Source of the DNA: Nitrospirota bacterium
Lineage (GTDB): Bacteria; Nitrospirota; UBA9217
Assembly: GCA_963749655.1 (NCBI GenBank)
Contig: CAVVOB010000001.1
Coordinates: 1-13,653 of the forward strand
Reading direction: 5' to 3'
DNA: 13,653 bases
The position numbers and the translations under genes are program-made. The notes below the pieces were generated by a model that ran no database searches, had not been told where the DNA came from, and was given only the letters and a program-made list of their open reading frames with translations. Of the stretch, positions 6,564 to 13,653 are shown piece by piece. Numbering within the stretch: the first letter of the stretch is position 1; each line of letters begins with the position of its first letter.

Positions 6564-9500
6564 CTACTTCACGATCCCCAGGCTTGCCGCGAGATCGTCA
6601 TATTGCCGCAGAACGCGAGGGTCCTGCGATGCGGCGTCCGTCAGCACCTTCCTCGCCTCATCCTTTTTCCCGGCCTTGAAAAGTGTCCGGGCAAGGTTCG
6701 CCATGATGCCCGGCTCTCCCGGTTCCGCTGCAAGCGCGGACTCATAGGCTTGCCTTGCTTCGTCCAGTTTGCCCTGCAGGAAGTTCAGGTTCCCGATATT
6801 GTTCCACGCCAGCGCACTGTTCTTGTCCTGGCTCAGTATCTTCCGGAACTGCTCCATGGCCTCGGCGTAGTAACCGTTCTCACCGTACAGAATGCCGAGT
6901 TTGCCCAGGACCGTCGTGTCGTTCGGGGACTTTTTGAGGATCTCGAGGTATCCCGCCGACAGGTTTGTCAGCCGCTGTGCCGCGAGAGTGTCGAGCTCGT
7001 CCTTGAACTTCGCCTCGATCTCCTCCCTGGTCACCTTTGCTGTTCCATTGTTCGAGGAAGGCAGGGTGACGGGCTTGAACTGCTCCCATGCCTGCTGGAC
7101 GACGATGATCTCGGCGCGGCCCTTGGCAGACCAGTCGCGGTACTCCTCGGCCCCCTTCTGCCAGGCCCGGGTGAAGGACGACCCCACCATCGTCATCTCC
7201 ACCGGGATCCAGAGAGATCCCTCGTGGGCGATGAGCAACTCGTCGGGGAAGCCCACCGTCGAGCGGTCCTTGTCCGAAATGCCGGTATTGAACATGACGA
7301 ACACGTGGCCCGGAACATCGATGAACGCCGTCGGGATCCCGACGCTCTCCATGCAGGCCGCGAAGAGCGTCGAAAGGTCGTCGCAGTCCCCGCCCTTCCG
7401 CGCGAGCGTGTCGCGGGGATATTCGAGATAGTCGACGGCCCCGGTCCGTTCCGAAAATTGCGCAAAGGGGCTCGACGGGTCCACGACGTAGGCGAGGCCG
7501 TAGGCACCGAGCCCTCCGTAGATGCTGCGCCCATAGACGATGGCCTGGGGGAGACCGGTGTTCGTGTCCACGTAGGGGAGGATCGCGGCCCTCGCAAACT
7601 CCACCACCGGCGGGTCCTTCGGGGTCACGAAAGCGCCCAGCTTGGTCTTCTTGTCCCACACCATGGCATGCCGCTCGAACAGCATCATCGGGAAGCTGCG
7701 CGTCACGATCTTCGGCTCGCCGTTGAGGTAGTACGTGAGGGCGATCTCGGTCTGCAGCGCGGTGTTTTCCGTCACGTCGAGGATCCTGTTGTTGAACACG
7801 GCCTTGATCGGAACGTCCAGCTGCTGCCTCGCGGGCATATCGATGATCTGCTCTGTCGGAAAATCCATGTAGTTCTTGATCGAGAAGCTGAGCTTGACGG
7901 GCGAGAGCGGCATGTCCGTATTGTTGATGACGGCGACCTTGCCCAGGGGATGGGACTCGTAGTATTTATAGGAGGACGCGTAGATCTCCTCCATGGCCGC
8001 TGCCGTGATCTCGACGGGAGGGGTCAGCTGCGGAGCCTTCGGCGTCGTCTCGGACACGATGCCGCCGGGTGCGCTTTCATCTCCCTCCTTTCCTACGGCC
8101 GTGATCCTGTAGAAATACTGCGTCTCATCGTCGAGCCGGCTGTCCGTGAAGATGGTCTTGTCCACCCTCGCCAGAAACTCGAAACCGGCGTCGTCCTTTT
8201 TGGACCTATAGATATGATAGTTGCTGAAGAACGGTTCGGTGTTCGGGACCCAGGACAGCGTGATCTGCTTCACCGACGCCGCGATCTTGACCGCCTTCGG
8301 CGGCGCGGGGATGAGCTTGGGCGTGACGGCCGCGATGATCGCCGAAGGGGCGCTCTCCCGCCCCTCGCGGGCCTTGCTGCTCACGCGGTAATGGAAGGTC
8401 CGGTTGCTCGGAAGCCCCTTGTCGAGAAAGTAAGGGTCCGTGGTCGAGCCGATCAGCTTGAACTCGCCTTCTGCGGAGTCGGCGCGGAAGACGTTGTACT
8501 TCTCGAAGAAGGTCTCGCTGTTCGGCTTCCAACGCACCTGCACCTCGTTCATCCGCGCCTGCGCGGAAATGTCCGAGGGGATCGCCGGCGTGTTCCTGAT
8601 CGCGAATACCTGCACCCGCCTGTTGCCCCGGTCCCCGATCGTGAGACGATATCCGTCCTGGAGCGACATGCCGAGGGGCGAGCTGAATTCGCCGGCCTCA
8701 CGGCCTTCGTTTCCGAACTGCCGCAGATATTTTCCGCGGTCGTCGAACACCTGGACCCGGGCGTTGCCCGAATCGAGCACATATATTTCGCCGTCAGGCG
8801 CGACGAGAATGTTCTCAGGGCCCTTGAACTGGCCGTCGAGCACTCCCGTCGATCCGCTTTCCCAGACCATGGCGCCGTTGCCGTCATACTTCGCGATGCG
8901 ATCATTGCCCCGGTCGGCGATGTAGACGCCTCCCGCATTGTCCAGGGCCACGTCAACGGGCTCGCCGAGCTGACCTGCGAGTTTGCCCGCCTTGCCGAAT
9001 GCGATGATGAAGATCCCCTGGGAATTGAAGACCTGGATGCGCCTGTTCTTCGCGTCGGCCACGTAGAGCCTGCCGCGCGGTCCGATGGCGATGCCCGACG
9101 GCGACTTGAACTCTCCTTCGTCCGAGCCCGACCTGCCGATGGTCAGCACCCCGTTCCCCTCGCGGTCGAACTTCTGCACGCGGTCATTGCCCGTATCAGC
9201 CACCCAGAAGGCGCCCTGCGCGCCAACGGCAATGCCACGGGCGCTCTTGATGTTCCCCGGTTCGCTTCCCCGGCTCCCGATACGTCTGCCGCCGGTGATG
9301 CCGAGGGCCGCCAGGGAATCGCCTGCTATCGTCCAGACACGCTGGCCTGCCGGGGCCAGGGCGTTCACTTCACCGGGAATTTCCTTCAGCACCTCGACCG
9401 TGGGCAGGGGTGAGGCCGCCTGAAGGGGCTGTGCGTCGCCGCGTTCCCAGGAGAAAAGCTGGATCGAGTTCTTGCCCGCGTCGAGCACAACGACCCGCTG

Positions 9501-10367
9501 GTCCTGGTCCACGGCGAGCCCGCTGTTGGAGAGGAACTGGCCCGGATTCGGGCCTTCGTTGCCGAGGCAGCCGAGCAGCATGCCCTTCTGGTCGAACTTT
9601 TTCAGCTTATAGTTGCCGGTGTCCGCGATATAGATATTTCCGCGGTCGTCGACGGCGATGCCGCCGGGCCCGGAAAAGCCTTCTACGCCTTTTCCCTTTG
9701 CGCCGAAAACTCCGGCCTGCGCGCCCAAGGGCTCGAAGATGCGTACATTGCTGCTTCCGGCATCAAGGACATAGATCCGGTTCCGGACGTCCACCGCCAC
9801 GTAGACGGGCGTTTTCATCGCGTCCTTCTCGCCCTTGACCGCGATCCTCTGGAGCGCGATGCCTCCGCTGGTGAGCACGACCACGCGGCCGTTGCCCGAG
9901 TCGGCGACATAGAGAAGGCCTCTCGACGCCCGTATGCCGAGGGGAGTATTGAACTCCCGTGAGCCCTCGCCCCTGGCGCCGAAGCTGCGCAGCCACGCGC
10001 CGTCGGCGTCAAAAACCTGGATCCGGTCGTTGCCCGTATCGGAGACATAGACCCTGCCCTGCTCGTCAACGGAGATCCCGGCGGGCTCCTTGAACTGCCC
10101 CGCCTTGCTCCCCTTCTCTCCCCAGGTCCGTATCGCCTTCCCCGATCGGTCGAGAACAACGACCCGGTGCGCGTCAGTATCGGCGATGTAGTACTTGTCG
10201 CCGGCGACGGCGATCCCGCGCGGTCCGGTCAGTCGGCACTGGTCTTCGGCAGCGGTTTTGCCGCCCAGCTCCCGCACAAGCTCTACCTGCTGGAACGCCG
10301 GGGCGCTCGAAGCAACCATGAGGAGTGAAATTGCCGAATAAGATAAAGAAAGGAAATGCCGAAACAT
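6564..10367 (-). CDS. secreted 1267-aa multidomain protein: 2 NHL beta-propellers, 2 FN3, a transglutaminase-like (papain-fold) domain and C-terminal TPRs
   Basis: GGAGG 5 nt before ATG 10367; signal ending in APA; 11 clear and 1 degenerate NHL repeats (F..P.GIAVD..G..YVAD.GN.RIQVF); two FN3 domains (W.PN.E.FF..Y...R...Y.Y.V); GGDCDD...PGHVFV...WIPVE; 3-4 TPRs (LGILYGENGYYAEA, AWNNIGNLNFLQGKLDEA, NLARTLFKAGKKDEA). Confidence 0.9.
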   Translation of the reverse strand: MFRHFLSLSYSAISLLMVASSAPAFQQVELVRELGGKTAAEDQCRLTGPRGIAVAGDKYYIADTDAHRVVVLDRSGKAIRTWGEKGSKAGQFKEPAGISVDEQGRVYVSDTGNDRIQVFDADGAWLRSFGARGEGSREFNTPLGIRASRGLLYVADSGNGRVVVLTSGGIALQRIAVKGEKDAMKTPVYVAVDVRNRIYVLDAGSSNVRIFEPLGAQAGVFGAKGKGVEGFSGPGGIAVDDRGNIYIADTGNYKLKKFDQKGMLLGCLGNEGPNPGQFLSNSGLAVDQDQRVVVLDAGKNSIQLFSWERGDAQPLQAASPLPTVEVLKEIPGEVNALAPAGQRVWTIAGDSLAALGITGGRRIGSRGSEPGNIKSARGIAVGAQGAFWVADTGNDRVQKFDREGNGVLTIGRSGSDEGEFKSPSGIAIGPRGRLYVADAKNRRIQVFNSQGIFIIAFGKAGKLAGQLGEPVDVALDNAGGVYIADRGNDRIAKYDGNGAMVWESGSTGVLDGQFKGPENILVAPDGEIYVLDSGNARVQVFDDRGKYLRQFGNEGREAGEFSSPLGMSLQDGYRLTIGDRGNRRVQVFAIRNTPAIPSDISAQARMNEVQVRWKPNSETFFEKYNVFRADSAEGEFKLIGSTTDPYFLDKGLPSNRTFHYRVSSKAREGRESAPSAIIAAVTPKLIPAPPKAVKIAASVKQITLSWVPNTEPFFSNYHIYRSKKDDAGFEFLARVDKTIFTDSRLDDETQYFYRITAVGKEGDESAPGGIVSETTPKAPQLTPPVEITAAAMEEIYASSYKYYESHPLGKVAVINNTDMPLSPVKLSFSIKNYMDFPTEQIIDMPARQQLDVPIKAVFNNRILDVTENTALQTEIALTYYLNGEPKIVTRSFPMMLFERHAMVWDKKTKLGAFVTPKDPPVVEFARAAILPYVDTNTGLPQAIVYGRSIYGGLGAYGLAYVVDPSSPFAQFSERTGAVDYLEYPRDTLARKGGDCDDLSTLFAACMESVGIPTAFIDVPGHVFVMFNTGISDKDRSTVGFPDELLIAHEGSLWIPVEMTMVGSSFTRAWQKGAEEYRDWSAKGRAEIIVVQQAWEQFKPVTLPSSNNGTAKVTREEIEAKFKDELDTLAAQRLTNLSAGYLEILKKSPNDTTVLGKLGILYGENGYYAEAMEQFRKILSQDKNSALAWNNIGNLNFLQGKLDEARQAYESALAAEPGEPGIMANLARTLFKAGKKDEARKVLTDAASQDPRVLRQYDDLAASLGIVK

Positions 10368-10510
10368 AGGAACCTCCGGAAGAGACTGGGACTTGTTTCG
10401 CCCGTCCCAAGGTTGGACGGATTGTGCTCTTGGGGCCATCGAAGGATGATGGTCTGCCCGTGGCCGGGGATCGGCTGGCCGGACCGAAGACAAACAACCG
10501 TACGACGAAA

Positions 10511-10540
10511 ATTATAGCACTTACGAAGTACGCCCAACAA
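10511..10540 (-). promoter_or_regulatory. extended -10 sigma70 promoter for the 1267-aa gene
   Basis: Minus strand TG-C-TATAAT (10519-10511) with TTGTTG (10540-10535) at an 18-nt spacing. This implies a leader of about 135 nt. Confidence 0.65.
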
Positions 10541-10674
10541 CTAAAAAATGCATTTTATTTTTTTTCTTGTCGTTGCAGGACTTCGCATCTTTTAATCATG
10601 AGCTGCATACACATTCACAGCATCCTTAAACCAGCCCACACGTTAATCTTCTCCTCTGCAAAGAAAGGGGAAAC

Positions 10675-10704
10675 AAAAAAAACTCCCTCTCCCAAGGGAG
10701 AGGG
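10675..10704 (-). terminator. intrinsic terminator
   Basis: Minus strand CCCTCTCCC-TT-GGGAGAGGG-AG followed by T8 (A8 at 10675-10682 on the plus strand). Confidence 0.75.
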
Positions 10705-10721
10705 CCGAGTGAAGGGAAGTA
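10675..10721 (-). ncRNA. candidate ~47-nt small RNA between a sigma28-like promoter and a terminator
   Basis: Promoter and terminator are on the same strand with no ORF between them. Predicted sequence is approximately UACUUCCCUUCACUCGGCCCUCUCCCUUGGGAGAGGGAGUUUUUUUU. Confidence 0.45.
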
Positions 10722-10727
10722 CATATC

Positions 10728-10755
10728 TTATCGGTATAAAGGCGGCGCCTCTTTA
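10728..10755 (-). promoter_or_regulatory. sigma28 (FliA/SigD)-like promoter
   Basis: Minus strand TAAA (10755-10752), 16 nt, ACCGATAA (10735-10728), against the consensus TAAA-N15/16-GCCGATAA. Confidence 0.55.
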
Positions 10756-10967
10756 ACTGTTTAATAAGAAATATCCGGTACTCATTCGAGAGATTCACAG
10801 CATACGACTGCCTCCAGACTGATTTTTTGCTGCTGCTATTCTTCGCATACCTGGCGATTTCACAGAAGACCGATCGTACGCTGCTGTTTGTCCAACGGTT
10901 CCGCTGAATGGGGGTAAAGAACTGTTGCGGAACATCGCTGCAGAGAGGGTTTAGAGGAGCTTTCTAT

Positions 10968-10996
10968 TTGACATTCCAGAGATATTCATGTATTTT
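10968..10996 (+). promoter_or_regulatory. sigma70-type promoter for the 11023 and 12936 genes
   Basis: TTGACA (10968-10973), 17 nt, TATTTT (10991-10996), 26 nt before ATG 11023. Confidence 0.65.
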
Positions 10997-11022
10997 TAGC
11001 TGACCATGCGGGGGATAAAAAG

Positions 11023-12855
11023 ATGAAACCATTTCGGATCCTGTTCCTGTCAGTAGTGGCTATTACACTCCTTTCTGCATTCCTGCCGAGCGAGGCGCGG
11101 GCAGGTACGATCAGCGTCAATCAGGCGGATACCGCCAACTGCATCTCCGCTGCATCATTTACCACGTCGACGTACTGCAACATTCAGGCTGCCATTGAGA
11201 CGGCAGTTACTAATTCGTCTGCAACATTAGGCGGCCCCTATTCCGTGCTGGTAGAACCGGGTTCGTATACCGAGTCGCTCAACCTTCAGGGAATCACCGT
11301 ACAGGGCCGCGAGGCGGCCAGAACATTTTTATCCGGGACCGTTACCGCGGCCTCCGGCTCGTCCAGTTTTTCGGGGTTCTTTCTGGGAAACTCGTCCACG
11401 ATCAACATTCAAAGCGGGGCGACACTGGACGTGACGAACAATATTTTCGACTCGTTGACCACAGCGGTTACGATCGCAAGCTCAGGGTCGCGCATCGTGA
11501 ACAATGTTTTCTACAACAACACGACCGCTATCAGCAGCACCGTCGACAACATTATCATCAACAACATTTTTTATTCAAACACAACGGCGATCACGGCTTC
11601 CGTCTCTCTGACCAATGTCAGCTTTAACTGTTTTTACCCAAGCACCGGGAAAAATGCTTTGGTCGGCATTACCATAACAACCTTTCCCGACGCCAACGGC
11701 AACAGAAACACCAACCCCAACCTTGCCAGCATAACAAACGGCGACTTTCACCTGACAAACCTGTCTACGGACTACATCGGCACGGGTAACTCAACCTATT
11801 CCAACACATCGTTCGATGTTAATTCGGCCGTCAGCGACTACGGCGCGTACGGCGGCCCAAATGCCGACACGATCCTCTTCCTGGTCTCGGGGCTGTCCGG
11901 AACAGCCGATACCAGCACCAGTTCCATCACGCTCACGTGGACCGAAAACACGGATTACCATGTAGCAGGCTATCATATTTATTATGGGACCGCTACCGGC
12001 CAGTACAGCGCCTCCGCCACGGCAACGGGAGCCGGCACCACAAGCGCGGTCCTGAGCAACCTCACGGCAAGTACCACCCAACTTACCACCGCGCCGACAC
12101 TCACCGTATCAAACATTATGAACCAGAGCCTTGAGCTGACCTGGACAGCTGTTGACGGGGCAACAGGATATGTTGTGTATTATGGAATAGATGACGGGAC
12201 CTCGTCAGCACCCACCGCATCGTCTGTCACCATCGCCGACGCAACGACAACTACGACTCTCACCGGATTGACAAACAACCAAAACTACAAGATCGTTGTT
12301 TACGCCTATTCCCAAGCAGCCTACTATATTGCAATAACGGCTTTTGACGATTCCAGCAGCGGCCCCTTCTCTCCTGGCGTAACGCATGAAAGTGCCCTAT
12401 CCATTGAATTACCACTTCAGTTCGGAGACACCCAGTTTAGCCCCGTCTCGAACATGATCGTGGACTTTCCCGAGGCTTTGGTCGCCTATCCCACCCTGCC
12501 GAGCACGGGCCAGGGCTGCTTCATTGCAACGGCAGCCTACGGATTTTATTCCGCGCCGCAAGTGCAGGCGCTGCGCACGTTCCGCGACCGGTACCTGGCC
12601 ACCAACAGCGGGGGCAGAACGTTCGTAAACTTCTATTATACTTACAGCCCCGCAGCTGCAGCATGGTTGAACAACCATCCCGGTTTCAAACCTGCGGTCC
12701 GGGCCGGGCTGATGCCCTTTGTGGGAGCAGCGCTTTTCATGACGCAGACATCGTTTTTAGTCAAGGTTGTCGTATTCGCCGTGCTCATGCTGCTGGCGGG
12801 AATCATAATCCGCCAGAAACGGATGTCAGCAGCACGTCGGCTTAGACCTGAGTAG
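11023..12855 (+). CDS. secreted surface protein (610 aa): right-handed beta-helix (pectin-lyase-like), FN3 pair and CFI-box-CTERM domain
   Basis: Signal ending in ARA; IQAAI...VLVEPGSYTE; I.NN.FY.N repeats; NP.L...GDFHL; D.GAYGG; FN3 W/GY.IYYG motifs; C-terminal GCFIATAAYG...VQALRTFRDRYL...GRTFVNFYYTYSP followed by hydrophobic helices and a basic tail. Confidence 0.88.
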   Translation: MKPFRILFLSVVAITLLSAFLPSEARAGTISVNQADTANCISAASFTTSTYCNIQAAIETAVTNSSATLGGPYSVLVEPGSYTESLNLQGITVQGREAARTFLSGTVTAASGSSSFSGFFLGNSSTINIQSGATLDVTNNIFDSLTTAVTIASSGSRIVNNVFYNNTTAISSTVDNIIINNIFYSNTTAITASVSLTNVSFNCFYPSTGKNALVGITITTFPDANGNRNTNPNLASITNGDFHLTNLSTDYIGTGNSTYSNTSFDVNSAVSDYGAYGGPNADTILFLVSGLSGTADTSTSSITLTWTENTDYHVAGYHIYYGTATGQYSASATATGAGTTSAVLSNLTASTTQLTTAPTLTVSNIMNQSLELTWTAVDGATGYVVYYGIDDGTSSAPTASSVTIADATTTTTLTGLTNNQNYKIVVYAYSQAAYYIAITAFDDSSSGPFSPGVTHESALSIELPLQFGDTQFSPVSNMIVDFPEALVAYPTLPSTGQGCFIATAAYGFYSAPQVQALRTFRDRYLATNSGGRTFVNFYYTYSPAAAAWLNNHPGFKPAVRAGLMPFVGAALFMTQTSFLVKVVVFAVLMLLAGIIIRQKRMSAARRLRPE

Positions 12856-12935
12856 GCGCACTGATCCGACGGTTACCTGGTCAGCAAGGAATCACTCTGT
12901 TTCAAAAAGACTCTTCGCAGCCCCGGAGGTTCTCG

Positions 12936-13583
12936 GTGAAAAATTTTATTCTGCTGTTGGCGCTGATCCTCATACCGGCTGCTGCCTTTGCCGCCGATGA
13001 ATCTCTTCTCGGAGAACCCAAATGGTCCCTCGAACTGAAGGGCGGCCAATTCACTCCCTCCCTTGACAACTGGGATAAATACTACGGCAAGAAAGAAATG
13101 CCGGTCTATGGGCTCTCCCTGGCCTACAAGCTCCACCGCATGGTCGATGCAGGCGTCTCCGGCGGCATGATGGAGGCAAGCGGCCAGGCGACTGCGCCCA
13201 TACACGGCACCTTGTCGGGGAACGTGAAGTACACGGCATATCCCCTCGACCTCTTCGTGCTCCTGCGCGGCGTGTTCGATGAATCGCAGTTCCTGGTCCC
13301 CTACATCGGAGGCGGACTCACCCGGGTCTACTACACGCAAAAAGTGGAAGCGCAGGGCACAGTGAACGGCAAGGCGGACGGCTACAACCTGCGGGGCGGC
13401 GTACAGCTGCTGCTCGACGATCTGGACATAGACGCTGCGAACAACTTGTACCGGGACTACGGCGTCTACCACACCTATCTCTTCATCGAATCGGAATACA
13501 TCAAGGCAACGGTCAAGACCGACGCCGGTAAAGTCGATCTCGGCGGCACGACCATCGTAGGCGGACTCCTCTTCGAATTCTGA
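12936..13583 (+). CDS. outer-membrane beta-barrel protein, MXAN_2562-like family (215 aa, GTG start)
   Basis: GGAGG at 12925-12929; signal ending in AFA; LELKGG.F.P, LVPYIGGG, GVQLLLDDLD..AA....DYGVYHTYLFIE; C-terminal GLLFEF beta-signal. The family name is from motif recall. Confidence 0.8.
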   Translation: MKNFILLLALILIPAAAFAADESLLGEPKWSLELKGGQFTPSLDNWDKYYGKKEMPVYGLSLAYKLHRMVDAGVSGGMMEASGQATAPIHGTLSGNVKYTAYPLDLFVLLRGVFDESQFLVPYIGGGLTRVYYTQKVEAQGTVNGKADGYNLRGGVQLLLDDLDIDAANNLYRDYGVYHTYLFIESEYIKATVKTDAGKVDLGGTTIVGGLLFEF

Positions 13584-13591
13584 TAGCCCCT

Positions 13592-13638
13592 GCGCCGCAG
13601 AACATCCATAATTCCTGCGGTGCGACCCTTCTTCCTTT
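13592..13638 (+). terminator. possible terminator hairpin
   Basis: GCGCCGCAG (13592-13600) pairs with CTGCGGTGC (13615-13623) with one G-U pair, followed by a pyrimidine-rich tract that is not pure U. Confidence 0.3.
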
Positions 13639-13653
13639 CAAAGCAAAACTCAG

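Noticed and set aside
6603-9413. 936-aa ORF on the plus strand
   Set aside because: It is an antisense shadow of the GC-rich 1267-aa gene, with no recognisable motifs, an Arg/Leu/Val/Gly-biased composition and no RBS.
10395-10465. c-di-GMP-I (GEMM) riboswitch resemblance in GGCAGACCATC...GATGG...AAGAGC
   Set aside because: It lacks the GNRA tetraloop, the GCAAAG junction and the P2 receptor. Kept only as an unnamed structured leader.
10368-10493. Longer N-termini in the ORF track (10493; likewise 6461, 4937, 2656 and 2223)
   Set aside because: Internal starts at 10367, 6425, 4865, 2590 and 2175 have RBS or promoter support and place signal peptides or family N-termini at residue 1.
10795-10815. 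GGAGG-preceded Met-Leu-stop mini-ORF on the minus strand
   Set aside because: It is only two codons long and cannot be distinguished from chance.

Overview
A 13.6 kb bacterial region, mostly GC-rich, from a Gram-negative organism. The protein families suggest a Nitrospirota/Desulfobacterota-like host, but that is inference only. From left to right it holds: a small membrane protein behind a consensus sigma70 promoter; an AmpG-family MFS permease; an MntA/HepT (nucleotidyltransferase + DUF86) toxin-antitoxin pair followed by a decayed second copy of the ampG 5' end; a possibly frameshifted small Cys-rich ORF; a lower-GC two-gene module (outer-membrane beta-barrel + multidomain beta-propeller lipoprotein) bracketed by two near-identical hairpins; a secreted 151-aa TPR-like protein; and a 1267-aa secreted NHL-FN3-transglutaminase-like-TPR protein. 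A divergent intergenic region then carries a candidate sigma28-driven ~47-nt small RNA, followed by a beta-helix/FN3/CFI-box-CTERM surface protein and an MXAN_2562-like beta-barrel. The best leads are the cell-surface cluster (transglutaminase-like enzyme with its partner, and two barrel + surface-protein pairs), the hairpin-bounded module, the sRNA candidate and an apparently interleaved FN3 pair. No rRNA, tRNA, CRISPR array, transposase or integrase was seen. All family assignments come from motif recognition by eye, not from database searches.
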